Part shown: in pieces, positions 30,769-41,672 of the stretch
Numbering within the stretch: the stretch's first letter is position 1
Layout: each line of letters begins with the position of its first letter
NCBI GenBank assembly: GCA_965206745.1
Contig: OZ242220.1
Location: forward strand, 160,001 to 224,000
Reading direction: 5' to 3'
DNA from: Nitrosopumilus sp.
GTDB lineage: Archaea; Thermoproteota; Nitrososphaeria; Nitrososphaerales; Nitrosopumilaceae
DNA: 64,000 bases
Notes under the pieces: generated by a model
Seen by the model: the letters and a program-made list of their open reading frames with translations, nothing else
What the model was told of the DNA's origin: nothing
Databases searched by the model: none
Program-made: the position numbers and the translations under genes

Positions 30769-31775
30769 TTAATCCTTTCTAATCTGGTATATCTTTAGGA
30801 TTCCAAATACTGGAATTCCTACATACATTGCCAAATTCAAGGCAATCACAGATATTCCAAGTCCCAGGACTTTGGCCTCTGAACCCTCATCAGCTAGCGA
30901 CATTATGGACAGCGTTGAAAGCATCGGGGTGATCATGACCTTTACTGCCTCTTTGAACATTGGATTCTCCCTCTCCCAATCCGAGACAGTTGGTGCAAAT
31001 GAATAGTATAGTGTGTTAAATCCGCTCATAAATGCGGTGCCAGAAGCCGTACTGAACAGTGTATTATCCCTTATCTCTCTGAGCATCTGGACCTGTGGTG
31101 CAAGTTCGGTTCCATATGCTGCAGTTGCAATCAGACATCCGCTATTATCGGCACCTTCCTTGTCGGTATCTTTTTCTGTAGGGGTGCTAGGTACTACAGG
31201 ATCTGGTTCAATCACTGCAGGATCTGGTTCAATCACTACAGGATCTGGTTCAATCACTACAGGATCTGGTTCAATCACTACAGGATCTGGTTCAATCACT
31301 ACAGGATCTGGTTCAATCACTACAGGATCTGGTTCAATCACTACAGGATCTGGTTCAATCACTACAGGAACCACTTCAGCTTCCTGTATCACTAGTATGC
31401 CTAACATCCAAGGATGCACCAGACAAAAATAATCATATTCTCCTAATTCAAAACCAGTCGTATCCAATGTTTCGGATTCACTGCTTGTAATAAACCTGAA
31501 TCAAATTTATCACTTGTACCATCATATGCATTTCCACCAGTAAATGTGTGGGGAACACTATCCGTATTTGAGAAAATTACTTTGCCACCTACATCAATTG
31601 TCGCGATACTTGGAGTGTAACATCCATCCAGGTCTTCGCAACCTACATCTTTAGATCCTGCTACAGGTACAACTGTAATCTCTGAATTGCCTGCAAAAGC
31701 AGCTGGTGTCATTGTGGTGATACCACCTACAATAACAAATAGCATGAATAAAGAATAACCTGTTTTAATTTTCAA
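30769..31775 (-). pseudogene. Frameshifted cupredoxin with VVIEPDP linker and CFI-box-CTERM
   Basis: ORFs 31443..31811 and 30769..31467 join if one G is restored at ~31481 (GCA G[G]T GAA TCC GAA ACA TTG), giving ...HTFT...YFCLVHPWM. Confidence 0.8.
31199..31366. repeat. 8 x 21-bp tandem repeat (VVIEPDP)
   Basis: ggatctggttcaatcactaca x8, one variant unit. Confidence 0.92.
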
Positions 31776-31832
31776 TGCTATATGTCTCATCAGGATACAT
31801 AAAAACTTCACTAGAATTCCCAGAAATGGGAA

Positions 31833-32636
31833 CTAGTCCTTTCTAATCTGGTATACCTTTAGGATTCCAAATACTGGAATTCCTACATACATTGCCAAAT
31901 TCAAGGCAATCACAGATATTCCAAGTCCCAGGACTTTGGCCTCTGAACCCTCATCAGCTAGCGACATTATGGACAGCGTTGAAAGCATCGGGGTGATCAT
32001 GACCTTTACTGCCTCTTTGAACATTGGATTCTCCCTCTCCCAATCCGAGACAGTTGGTGCAAATGAATAGTATAGTGTGTTAAATCCGCTCATAAATGCG
32101 GTGCCAGAAGCCGTACTGAACAGTGTATTATCCCTTATCTCTCTGAGCATCTGTACCTGTGGTGCAAGTTCGGTTCCATATGCTGCAGTTGCAATTAGAC
32201 ATCCTGGGTCTGGCGGGTCATCCTTTGGAGTTTCTGCATATGCATCACCCACTCTAATTTCAAATGAGGCAGTTTCTGGCGTAATTGGTGCAAATAGTAT
32301 GCCTTCAACTGTCAATTCCATGGTGTATATTCCATCTTCAGGAAATTCAACTCTTAGTCCGTTTATCACTCCTTCAGATGTATGAGTGAGAGTTGGAGTC
32401 TTGAAGATCGTTTCTTCAGATTTTGAAACCAATATTCTATAATCGACATGAACTTGAGTTTTTTGTGTTGTAGGATTTATGAATTCTATAGGTATCCTGG
32501 TTAGTTCGCCTGGCACGATCTTCTCATAAGATATTTTCACATCCAGTGTTTTTTGGTCAGTAGGCAAAGTCTGTGATTCTGCAAATGCTGGAATCATTAA
32601 CAATGGAACTAGTAAAAATACAAGCAAAAATTTCAT
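31833..32636 (-). CDS. Secreted protein with CFI-box-CTERM domain
   Basis: Signal peptide MKFLLV...PAFA; HVDY/HTSEG motifs; GCLIATAAYG tail. Confidence 0.85.
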   Translation of the reverse strand: MKFLLVFLLVPLLMIPAFAESQTLPTDQKTLDVKISYEKIVPGELTRIPIEFINPTTQKTQVHVDYRILVSKSEETIFKTPTLTHTSEGVINGLRVEFPEDGIYTMELTVEGILFAPITPETASFEIRVGDAYAETPKDDPPDPGCLIATAAYGTELAPQVQMLREIRDNTLFSTASGTAFMSGFNTLYYSFAPTVSDWERENPMFKEAVKVMITPMLSTLSIMSLADEGSEAKVLGLGISVIALNLAMYVGIPVFGILKVYQIRKD

Positions 32637-32745
32637 ACTTTGATTTTGAGAATCGGAAATAAAAATTATCCTCTGATTTCGCACAAAAAATTATCATGCG
32701 TAAAAACCCTATATCATCTTTAAATATGGAATTGTCATAACTTCT

Positions 32746-34488
32746 GTGTTGTATAGCAAGTTTGCATTATTTATTTCGATTATTGGTATTTTCTCAATTA
32801 CCGCTATTCTCCCTGATGCCCTTGGTCATGGGTTAGGCGGAGATCAAGCTGAGCCATTATCATTTGATGACATGCTGGTAACTGTACGTACGCAACTGAG
32901 TCCATCTGATATTACAGTAGGTGATGTTGATTCTGCCAACATGCAAATTCGTTTCTTTGATACCGTAACTGATAAGAATCTTGACAAAGTCACATACAGA
33001 ATAGAAGTTTGGCAGAGTGGTGAACTCTTGGCTAGAAATTTGTTTTATGACCTGGATGGAACATTGGATGTGAAAATCAAACCAAAGGCTGGCTGCAATG
33101 AAATTAATCTTCACAAATGTTCAATTTACGGCGGTTCAGAGCATGTAAGTGCACCAGGTGCTCTGTTTGTACAGGGAGCAGCCTGTACTGATGATAATCT
33201 GGATATCTGTGCAAGACCCTCAATCACAGGCCCCATCTTTGTAAAAGGCGGATTATACAAGATTAGGGTTGACATAGAGGCAGCCACTAGCCCAAGGACC
33301 GTACTGTCCAGTTTGCTAAGTTATGAGACTTTTGTGAGTGTCGCACAAGAACAGGACTTTTCTTTTCAAACAGCAAACGCTGATGAAGTCCCAGTCACCA
33401 TAAAGACATACTATGATGATGTCGATAACTTTAATTTTGATACATCAGACAACTCTATCTCATTTGACATGCCATTTGATTGGAGCCCTGATTATGTCAA
33501 TCTGGTGCAAGTTGTGCATCAGGAGGTTAGAGTTCCAAAGACGTTTGCACCTTATGCCGACGGTAAGCAGTTCAAGGGCTATGTTAACGGTGTTGAAATT
33601 GGCCAGAAGGCACTAGTCAATGATCCATACGCCTCTGCTGATAGCAACATTGTCCATTTCCTAATCACCAAAAATGAGCTCGAAAAAATTAATGAAACCC
33701 TTGGCCCCTCCAACTTTGATAATCCCAAAATGGACTTGAAGCTGGTTCCATTGGATGAAGCTTCAAAAAGTTCTACCGAATTTTATCTTGTAGACACTTC
33801 AGTTAACCCACCGGCAAAAGTTCCAACGACTGTGAATATTTCTTGGGATGGAAAATATGGCGCAGATCAAGAGATTCCATTTGAATTTGCCTTCTTTAAT
33901 GAAGATAGAAAGCTAATCAAGGACATAAAATATGCCTATGTTGTTTTAGACGAGAATGACAACCAGATAGCACGAAATGAGGGGACTGATACCATGAATC
34001 CCGGAATTGTCTCCATTGAGGGAATAGATGTACAGGAGATCTATATTCCCTCCCAGGGCCAAGTGCGAGTTGACATTCTAGTTTACGGAACCGGACTGGA
34101 TTATGATTCAACCTATGCCGGAATAGGCTCGACAATCATTGAGATTGGTCCGGGTTCTACAACACCGGCACCTGTCAAAACACCGATATTTGACAAAACA
34201 CCGACATCTGAAAAGATACCAATACCTGGCTGGATCCAGACTTCTGCGGGATTCTGGGTGGACGGAGTCTCCTCAGATGACGAGTTCATCAATGCCATCC
34301 AGTACATGATCAAGGAAGGAATAATGGAGATCCCTGCAACAGCTCAGGGTTCTAGCAGTACAAATGAAATCCCTTCCTGGATAAAGTCTACTGTTGGATT
34401 CTGGGTGGACGGAGTCTCCTCAGATGACGAGTTCATCAGTGCCATCCAGTACATGATCAAGGAAGGAATCATGCAGATACAATCATAG
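32746..34488 (+). CDS. Secreted thaumarchaeal surface protein with duplicated IPxWI...FW C-terminal domain
   Basis: Signal peptide, ALG-HG, MPFDW motif shared with 20603 and 34730 genes, two C-terminal repeats. Confidence 0.8.
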   Translation: MLYSKFALFISIIGIFSITAILPDALGHGLGGDQAEPLSFDDMLVTVRTQLSPSDITVGDVDSANMQIRFFDTVTDKNLDKVTYRIEVWQSGELLARNLFYDLDGTLDVKIKPKAGCNEINLHKCSIYGGSEHVSAPGALFVQGAACTDDNLDICARPSITGPIFVKGGLYKIRVDIEAATSPRTVLSSLLSYETFVSVAQEQDFSFQTANADEVPVTIKTYYDDVDNFNFDTSDNSISFDMPFDWSPDYVNLVQVVHQEVRVPKTFAPYADGKQFKGYVNGVEIGQKALVNDPYASADSNIVHFLITKNELEKINETLGPSNFDNPKMDLKLVPLDEASKSSTEFYLVDTSVNPPAKVPTTVNISWDGKYGADQEIPFEFAFFNEDRKLIKDIKYAYVVLDENDNQIARNEGTDTMNPGIVSIEGIDVQEIYIPSQGQVRVDILVYGTGLDYDSTYAGIGSTIIEIGPGSTTPAPVKTPIFDKTPTSEKIPIPGWIQTSAGFWVDGVSSDDEFINAIQYMIKEGIMEIPATAQGSSSTNEIPSWIKSTVGFWVDGVSSDDEFISAIQYMIKEGIMQIQS

Positions 34489-34521
34489 GTTTTTAAATAA
34501 ATTATGTAAAGTGATAATACA

Positions 34522-34728
34522 ATGAAAGACATCAATGACATCCTGCCAAAGGTTCCAAACATGAGATGGGGAGCATTGATGAACAAGGCGCCGACAAACG
34601 ACAAAGTCGAAGAAATGAACAAGATTTTTCCTGCTAATGGCAGATGGCATACAGTTTTTGAGGAGCAGGATCAGATTACAATTGATGGACAACAAGTTCG
34701 AAAGAAAAATCCAGACAAGTGGACATAG
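34522..34728 (+). CDS. Small hypothetical protein
   Basis: 68-aa ORF with TTTAAATA box upstream. Confidence 0.75.
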   Translation: MKDINDILPKVPNMRWGALMNKAPTNDKVEEMNKIFPANGRWHTVFEEQDQITIDGQQVRKKNPDKWT

Positions 34729-34729
34729 A

Positions 34730-36286
34730 TTGAAAGGTCTTGCATCTCTCGGATTCTTAATATTTTCAGCCGCATTTGCAGTCACCTTTGATGATGCCTA
34801 CGGACACGGTGTGGGGACTGAAACATTTCCCCCTGTGGACCTAGAGGGGAAGCTTGTCACACTTGAGGTATCGTCATCAAAAAGTGATCCTAACACAAGT
34901 GGCAGCCAACAGATATCAGTCTCATTAATTGACTCTGATTCAAAAATCACCTTGCGCGATGTCACGTTTTTGATTAAATCGTCCCGTGGAGAGCAGTTTC
35001 TTTTTGAGCAAGAGTTCAAAGCAGATAATGGATTCCTGGTCTTTAATTTTGTATCCCAAGATACTGACTCGATAATTCTAGAGGAGGGCGATGATGGGGG
35101 ACTCTTCGGATCCCTGCTGGGACTTGAAAGCAGGCTGGTTCATGTAAAGGGACCCAGGCTTGGCGAGGGCGGATTGTACAAATTGGATGTCAGCGTACTG
35201 ACTGCAGATGGATACTCTGAAAAATTAGACGTGCCTCTAGTTTTCAATGCAGGAATCTCTATTGCCCAAAAATCAACGCATGGCTTTGTTGATCCCAATT
35301 TTGGGGAGCAGAACATCCACGTAGTGACATATTATGATGAGATTTCAGACTTTGAATACGATTCTGGTTCAAAGGAAATCAGTTTTTTCATGCCATTTGA
35401 TTGGAGTCAGTCAAACATCAATCAAACGTCAGTAGTCCATGAGGAGATTGTAATTCCAAAGAGATTCGGCGACCTGCTGGTTTCCGGATTTGTCATGCAT
35501 GTTAATGGGATGCGGCTATCCCCGGACATTGTAAACATTGATGATTTTTCTGCTGACGGAAGGACAGTTCATTTTATAATTTACCAAAAAATATTGCAGA
35601 ATATCTTTGAAAACACCACTAATCAAGACGGCATGAACTTTGTGATCAAGCCGGATCGCGATTACACCCATCTAAGCTCTGTGACTGAAAATGGACAATT
35701 TAAGATCCTTGTATCCTCAGAACCTGAAAGTCTAAAATCCAACTCTGATGCAAAGATACTCTTTGATATAACCGATATCTTCTTGAAAGACAAGCCCGTT
35801 GCCACAAACTATGAATTTTCAATGACACAAGACGGCAGAGTCATCTTTGAGCAAAGTGGAACCAGTTCGGATTCAAGGAATGGCCATAACGTTGCAGAAT
35901 TTGTGATTCCTGACGATGTTTCAGGGATTGTGGATCTGAATTTTAAAAATTTGGATAACAACAATCTTGCAAAGACTGCAATACCTGTTGTTATTGATAG
36001 AAGGATATCCGATGATGATATCTCACTGCCCCAATGGGTTAGGAATAATGCATTATGGTGGTCTCAAGAACAAATAGACGATGATACATTCGTGCAAGGA
36101 ATCCAGTATCTGATTAAAAACAACATTATTTTAATTCCTCAAACTATGCAAGAGACTTTCCAGCTTCAGGAAATTCCCTCTTGGATCAGAGACAATGCCG
36201 CACTGTGGGCAGACGGTCAGATAAATGATGAAGCATTTGTAGAGGGCCTAAAATTTTTAGTCAAAAATCAGATTCTCCATACCTGA
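34730..36286 (+). CDS. Secreted thaumarchaeal surface protein (paralog of 32746 and 20603)
   Basis: TTG start after the previous stop; AYG-HG, TYYD...MPFDW, PxWxRxNAxWW C-terminal repeats. Confidence 0.8.
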   Translation: MKGLASLGFLIFSAAFAVTFDDAYGHGVGTETFPPVDLEGKLVTLEVSSSKSDPNTSGSQQISVSLIDSDSKITLRDVTFLIKSSRGEQFLFEQEFKADNGFLVFNFVSQDTDSIILEEGDDGGLFGSLLGLESRLVHVKGPRLGEGGLYKLDVSVLTADGYSEKLDVPLVFNAGISIAQKSTHGFVDPNFGEQNIHVVTYYDEISDFEYDSGSKEISFFMPFDWSQSNINQTSVVHEEIVIPKRFGDLLVSGFVMHVNGMRLSPDIVNIDDFSADGRTVHFIIYQKILQNIFENTTNQDGMNFVIKPDRDYTHLSSVTENGQFKILVSSEPESLKSNSDAKILFDITDIFLKDKPVATNYEFSMTQDGRVIFEQSGTSSDSRNGHNVAEFVIPDDVSGIVDLNFKNLDNNNLAKTAIPVVIDRRISDDDISLPQWVRNNALWWSQEQIDDDTFVQGIQYLIKNNIILIPQTMQETFQLQEIPSWIRDNAALWADGQINDEAFVEGLKFLVKNQILHT

Positions 36287-36651
36287 TTAATCTTTGTTCG
36301 GTCATTGAAATGCCTTGTGTGGATTTGTGCAATCTACATCTTTTTGATTATACGATGCCCTGACGGTCCGTCACAACTGCATGCATGTGGTTTGGTTGTC
36401 TTTTTTGGCATTTCTGGAATTGTCTAGGGCAAGAATCTTGCCTGTTTGGTGCTTCTCTGGCAAGCATGTTTTCCTTCTAGCGTGCTTATGATACACTGTA
36501 AATGAGCAAGAGCAGATAATGGATAATCTACTTGATGTTGATCCTGGGATAATTGATGTTGTTAGGCAACTGCATCAGGATGGATCAGAAAATCAAATTC
36601 AGAAATGATTGCTTCGAGTTATTTTAATACGTCTAATCTGATAAATTTGCA

Positions 36652-39600
36652 GTGGATAGAAATACAATTTTGGCACTCTTTGCAGTGCTGTTTATCGGAA
36701 CAATGATTGCCCCAGCATATGCCGAGTCATCTTCACGGGAACAACTCAAAAACGATACTCTGATAAGCCAGATTCAGTGCAATGAGGAAAAGACTCTCAT
36801 GCAGTCGCCTGTAGGCAAGCCTGTCTGCGTCTTTGATGCCACATCAGAAAGACTAGTTGTACAGGGATGGAGCATTATACAATTGGTCAAGCCGATTGCT
36901 GATTCTCAAGGAATATCTGAGATATCAGGACCAACACCAGAACCTGAAATAACTTATTTTGATAATGGATATAATGAAATTCAATACCATGAAAACGGAA
37001 ATCTCAAATCATCCAAATATTATTATGAGGACGGACAACTAGAAGTAGAAGTTCAATACGATCAAAACGATAATCTCAAATCACACAAATATTATGATAA
37101 GGACGGACAACTAAAAAAAGAATCATACTATGAATACGATCAAAACAGCAATCTCAAATCAGAAAAACATTATGAGAACGGACAACTAGATGAAGAATCA
37201 TACTATGAATACGATCAAAACAGCAATCTCAAATCAGAAAAACATTATGAGAACGGACAACTAGATGAAGAATCACATTATGAATACGATCAAAACGATA
37301 ATCTCAAATCACACAAATATTATGATAAGGACGGACAACTAAAAAAAGAATCATACTATGAATACGATCAAAACAGCAATCTCAAATCAGCAATACAATA
37401 TGATGAGAATGGACAATTAGAAGCAGAAATACAATACCATGAAAACAGCAATCTTAAATCAGAAATACGATATGAGAACGAACAACTAGATTCAGAAATA
37501 CAATACCATGAAAACGGTAATCTCAAATCAAAAATACAGTATGAGGACGGACAACCAATATTCGAATACCACGACCATGAAAACACAAATCGTAAATCAG
37601 AAAAATATTATAAAAACGGACAACTAGCATTAGAATCTCAACATAATGAAAACGGAAATTACATATCATCCCAACGTTATGATGAGGCTGGACAGCTAAA
37701 AAAGGAATCATATTATGAATACCATCAAAACGGAAAGCTCAAATCAGAATTACAGTATGAAAACGGACAGCTAAAATATGAATCTCAACATAATGAAAAC
37801 GGAAATTACATATCATCCCAACGTTATGATGAGGCTGGACAGCTAAAAAAGGAATCATATTATGAATACCATCAAAACGGAAAGCTCAAATCAGAATTAC
37901 AGTATGAAAACGGACAGCTAAAAAAGGAATTATACAATGAATACCATCAAAACAAAAAGCTCAAATCAGAATTACAGTATGAAAACGGACAGCTAAAAAA
38001 GGAATTATACAATGAATACCATCAAAACAAAAAGCTCAAATCAGAATTACAGTATGAAAACGGACAACTAAAATCAAAAATACAGTATGATGAAAACACA
38101 AATCGTAAATCAGACAAATATTATGAGAACGGACAACTAGATTCAGAAATTCAATACCATCAAAATGGAAAGCTCAAATCAAAAAAACAGTATATGGATG
38201 GACAATTAGATTCAGAGATACAGTACCATGCGAACAGAAATCAGCAATTAATATTCAAATATGATGAAAATGGCGTGATAATCCAAGTATCGCAATTTTA
38301 TGAAAACGGAAATATGCAATCTGAATTCAAATATTATGAAGACGGACAACTAAACGAAGAGGTATACTATGAATACCATGAAAACGGCAATCTTAAATCA
38401 AAAATACAGTATGAGAACAAACAACTAGATTCAGAAATACAATACCATGAAAACGGCAATCTCAAATCAGAAATACAATATGAGAACGAACAACTAGATT
38501 CAGAAATACAATACCATGAAAACGGAAATATTCGATCTCAATTCAAATATCATGAAGACGGACAACTAGAATTAGAATCTCAACATAATGAAAACGGAAA
38601 TTACATATCATCCCAACGTTATGATGAGGCTGGACAGCTAAAAAAGGAATTATACTATGAATACCATCAAAACGGCAATCTCAAATCAGAAAAACAGTAT
38701 GAGGACGGACAACTAGAAGCGGAAATACAGTATGATGAAAACGGACATTACGCATCAGAACGATATTATGAAAACGGACAGCTATACGAAGAATCATACT
38801 ATGAATACCATCAAAACGGCAATCTCAAATCAGCAATGAGGTATGAAAACGGACAGCTATACGAAGAATCATACTATGAATACCATCAAAACGGCAATCT
38901 CAAATCAGCAATACAGTATGATGAGAACGAACAATTAAAATCAGAATCTCAACATCACGAAAACACAAATCGTAAATCAGACAAATATTATGAAAACGGA
39001 CAGCTATACGAAGAAGTATACTATGAATACCATGAAAATACAAATCTCAAATCAAAAAAACAATACGAGAATGGACAATTAGAAGTAGTAATACAGTATG
39101 ATGAAAACACAAATCGTAAATCAAAAAAACAATACGAGAATGGACAACTAGAATCAGAATATCAATACCATCAAAACGGCAATCTCAAATCAGAAATACA
39201 GTATGATGATAAGCAATTAGATTCAGAATCTCAACATAATGAAAACAGAAACTACATATCATCCAAACATTATGATGAGGCCGGACAACCATCTGGAGAA
39301 TCATACTATGAATACCATCAAAACGGCAATCTCAAATCAGAAATACAGTATGATGAGAACGAACAATTAAAATCAGAATCTCAACATCATGAAAACACAA
39401 ATCTCAAATCAGAAAAACATTATGAGAACGGACAACTATACGAAGTATACTATGAATACCATCAAAACGGCAATCTCAAATCAGAAAAACATTATGAGAA
39501 CGGACAGCTATACGAAGAAGTATACTATGAATACCATCAAAACGGCAATCTCAAATCAGAAATAGGGTATGAGAACGGACAACTATACGAAATATACCAT

Positions 39601-39735
39601 GAATACCATCAAAACGGCAATCTCAAATCAGAAAAACATTATGAGAACGAACAACTAGAATCAGAATATCAATACCATCAAAACGGCAATCTCAAATCAA
39701 CAATACAGTATGATGAGAATGGACAATTAGAATAA
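36652..39735 (+). CDS. Secreted giant MORN2/YwqK-like repeat protein
   Basis: Signal peptide (PAYA-E), Cys-pair head module, then about 40 units of YHxNGNLKSExxYENGQL. Confidence 0.85.
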   Translation: MDRNTILALFAVLFIGTMIAPAYAESSSREQLKNDTLISQIQCNEEKTLMQSPVGKPVCVFDATSERLVVQGWSIIQLVKPIADSQGISEISGPTPEPEITYFDNGYNEIQYHENGNLKSSKYYYEDGQLEVEVQYDQNDNLKSHKYYDKDGQLKKESYYEYDQNSNLKSEKHYENGQLDEESYYEYDQNSNLKSEKHYENGQLDEESHYEYDQNDNLKSHKYYDKDGQLKKESYYEYDQNSNLKSAIQYDENGQLEAEIQYHENSNLKSEIRYENEQLDSEIQYHENGNLKSKIQYEDGQPIFEYHDHENTNRKSEKYYKNGQLALESQHNENGNYISSQRYDEAGQLKKESYYEYHQNGKLKSELQYENGQLKYESQHNENGNYISSQRYDEAGQLKKESYYEYHQNGKLKSELQYENGQLKKELYNEYHQNKKLKSELQYENGQLKKELYNEYHQNKKLKSELQYENGQLKSKIQYDENTNRKSDKYYENGQLDSEIQYHQNGKLKSKKQYMDGQLDSEIQYHANRNQQLIFKYDENGVIIQVSQFYENGNMQSEFKYYEDGQLNEEVYYEYHENGNLKSKIQYENKQLDSEIQYHENGNLKSEIQYENEQLDSEIQYHENGNIRSQFKYHEDGQLELESQHNENGNYISSQRYDEAGQLKKELYYEYHQNGNLKSEKQYEDGQLEAEIQYDENGHYASERYYENGQLYEESYYEYHQNGNLKSAMRYENGQLYEESYYEYHQNGNLKSAIQYDENEQLKSESQHHENTNRKSDKYYENGQLYEEVYYEYHENTNLKSKKQYENGQLEVVIQYDENTNRKSKKQYENGQLESEYQYHQNGNLKSEIQYDDKQLDSESQHNENRNYISSKHYDEAGQPSGESYYEYHQNGNLKSEIQYDENEQLKSESQHHENTNLKSEKHYENGQLYEVYYEYHQNGNLKSEKHYENGQLYEEVYYEYHQNGNLKSEIGYENGQLYEIYHEYHQNGNLKSEKHYENEQLESEYQYHQNGNLKSTIQYDENGQLE

Positions 39736-39780
39736 GAATGACAATATCACAAAAACAGAGATTTTGAACTTGTAAAAGAA
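36975..39780. repeat. Degenerate tandem repeat array (about 66-78 nt units) with exact internal block duplications
   Basis: Recurrent taccatcaaaacggcaatctcaaatcagaa; repeat remains recognisable past the stop codon. Confidence 0.85.
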
Positions 39781-40136
39781 TATGATGGGAACAAGAAACT
39801 TGAAATCAGACTCGAATTCACATGTACAAATTTAACATCATACAATATTGAGAATCTCCTATACTCTGATGCAGGTTATGACAAGACTCGAATGTTGGAA
39901 AAATTTGATCACTTGGTTATGCAATACAATCAGAATTTTATGATCGCATATGTGATTAAACATCTCAATTCACACTTGATGTCTCTGTTCCATTTCATCC
40001 AGCTCTTTCATTCTAGCATAAATACTAGTTTGTGATGAACCACACTGATGCGTGGGCCCCAAAATTGCCATCCTATTTGTTGTATCTGCCTTATTCGTAT
40101 TTGCATATTCTTTCAGTGTCATGGCTCAGAGTGCAG

Positions 40137-41672
40137 ATGGACAAGGATGGTAAATTGATGCATCTCGTACTTTGCATATTGCTGATATTGGCATTTGTGC
40201 CTGCAGTACATGCTGAATTGCCGGCGTGGGTAATAGATAGTCCCCGTGCTGCAGGCTTTGAGATGCCCGACAAGTTTGACGGATTTGCAGGTGGAGACGG
40301 ATGTCACGGCATAGTTCTACCAAGGGTAGACAGAGCAGCCCAACTTTTAGTCAGTCAGGGAGTAGGTGAGACCCTGATAATGCACGGGGATCAGGTACCG
40401 CATTGGACTACTACATGCAAGTATGCAGACAGGGATTACATTATGACAGAAGCAGATTATAGAACAAGTGATAATGCAGCAAATGGAAATTTTCGGGATC
40501 CATTCACGAGCTTTATGCACATTACTCGCCATCATAACACCAATCCTTTTTCAACAAATCCTTTTGAATATATGGGATCTTATCCTGATGATTGGCGCGG
40601 AAGAATCACAATTCTGACTGATCAGGGATACCGAGGATTCGGCATTAGTACATATGGTGCGATGGTTGTAGTGCCTCACTATAGGCCACTTGATTCGACA
40701 TTAAATCTCAATGTAGAAGGCATACACAGTCCATCTATAGACCTGAAAATTCGTGGTGCACCTAACTTTTTTGAGTTTGATGCACAAAAATATGATGGGG
40801 GCATACTAGTCAACGGCAAAGTCACTCCGATAGGACCGGCAGATCACGAATGGTTGAGTCCATGTTCACGCTGGTCTTCTTCTGCCAACTGCCTTTCAGT
40901 TATGGTAAACATGACAGAACACGGGTGGCCTGAGCTGAGCCATGATGAAATACTGGAGGAGGCATCAGAGTGGTACCATCAGCTGTACGATCAGGACTAT
41001 CTCAAGGAGTACGGGCAGATTCCAGAACCTGACTATGAGTACCATCTACGATACACTAGGCCTGACGCCAAGGGACTGGTGACATATCACAATGCAACAC
41101 TTGAGATAGAGATACCTCTAAAGATGAATGATAACTATACGTATACGAAAAACTATCCTGAAGTGGGATGGTGTCGCGCACCGATGGTCTTGGTTGCAAA
41201 GTCTTCTGAGGATCCGCACGGCGCATGCGTGATGCCAGATACTGCACAGACCCTCATGGACAGAAAATGGGCACAAAAGACACCCGAACTATCTGAGCAG
41301 AAACGCAAAGAGTTTGCCAAAGTTTTGGCATACTATGGACTACAGTATGTGCCCGGTACTGCAGACCCACACGATGCGTTCAGGGCTGCCCTTTTGGGAA
41401 TGCCACATGTAGATGACGTGCATGTTCTTGAGACGACGCCAGGATTCTCGTACAGGGATAAAGACTATGCCTTACATTACGACCGGACCGTGCACTCTCC
41501 AATAAAATATCTCAACGAGCTTACCATACATCCTTTGGGAGCTCACTATCTCTGGAACTCGCCTGAACCAGTAGATGATGAAATAGTATGCATGAAGAAA
41601 ACTAGTAATTACAAATACCCTGATGAGACATGTCCTCCATCTGATCCTGCACTGTTGATATCACGGCGATAA
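40137..41672 (+). CDS. Secreted hypothetical protein with internal Cys-pair module
   Basis: Signal-like LVLCILLILAFVPAVHA; C..ACV..TAQTL..RKW module; start uncertain (40137 or 40158). Confidence 0.7.
   Translation: MDKDGKLMHLVLCILLILAFVPAVHAELPAWVIDSPRAAGFEMPDKFDGFAGGDGCHGIVLPRVDRAAQLLVSQGVGETLIMHGDQVPHWTTTCKYADRDYIMTEADYRTSDNAANGNFRDPFTSFMHITRHHNTNPFSTNPFEYMGSYPDDWRGRITILTDQGYRGFGISTYGAMVVVPHYRPLDSTLNLNVEGIHSPSIDLKIRGAPNFFEFDAQKYDGGILVNGKVTPIGPADHEWLSPCSRWSSSANCLSVMVNMTEHGWPELSHDEILEEASEWYHQLYDQDYLKEYGQIPEPDYEYHLRYTRPDAKGLVTYHNATLEIEIPLKMNDNYTYTKNYPEVGWCRAPMVLVAKSSEDPHGACVMPDTAQTLMDRKWAQKTPELSEQKRKEFAKVLAYYGLQYVPGTADPHDAFRAALLGMPHVDDVHVLETTPGFSYRDKDYALHYDRTVHSPIKYLNELTIHPLGAHYLWNSPEPVDDEIVCMKKTSNYKYPDETCPPSDPALLISRR

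Noticed and set aside
36290-36600. Short minus-strand ORF MPKKTTKPHACSCDGPSGHRIIKKM; similar short ORF at ~53900-54070
   Set aside because: Too short or degenerate to support without a homology search.
36975-39735. Diversity-generating retroelement behind the variable repeat units
   Set aside because: No reverse transcriptase and no TR/VR pair with adenine-specific differences seen; the variation fits tandem duplication and recombination.
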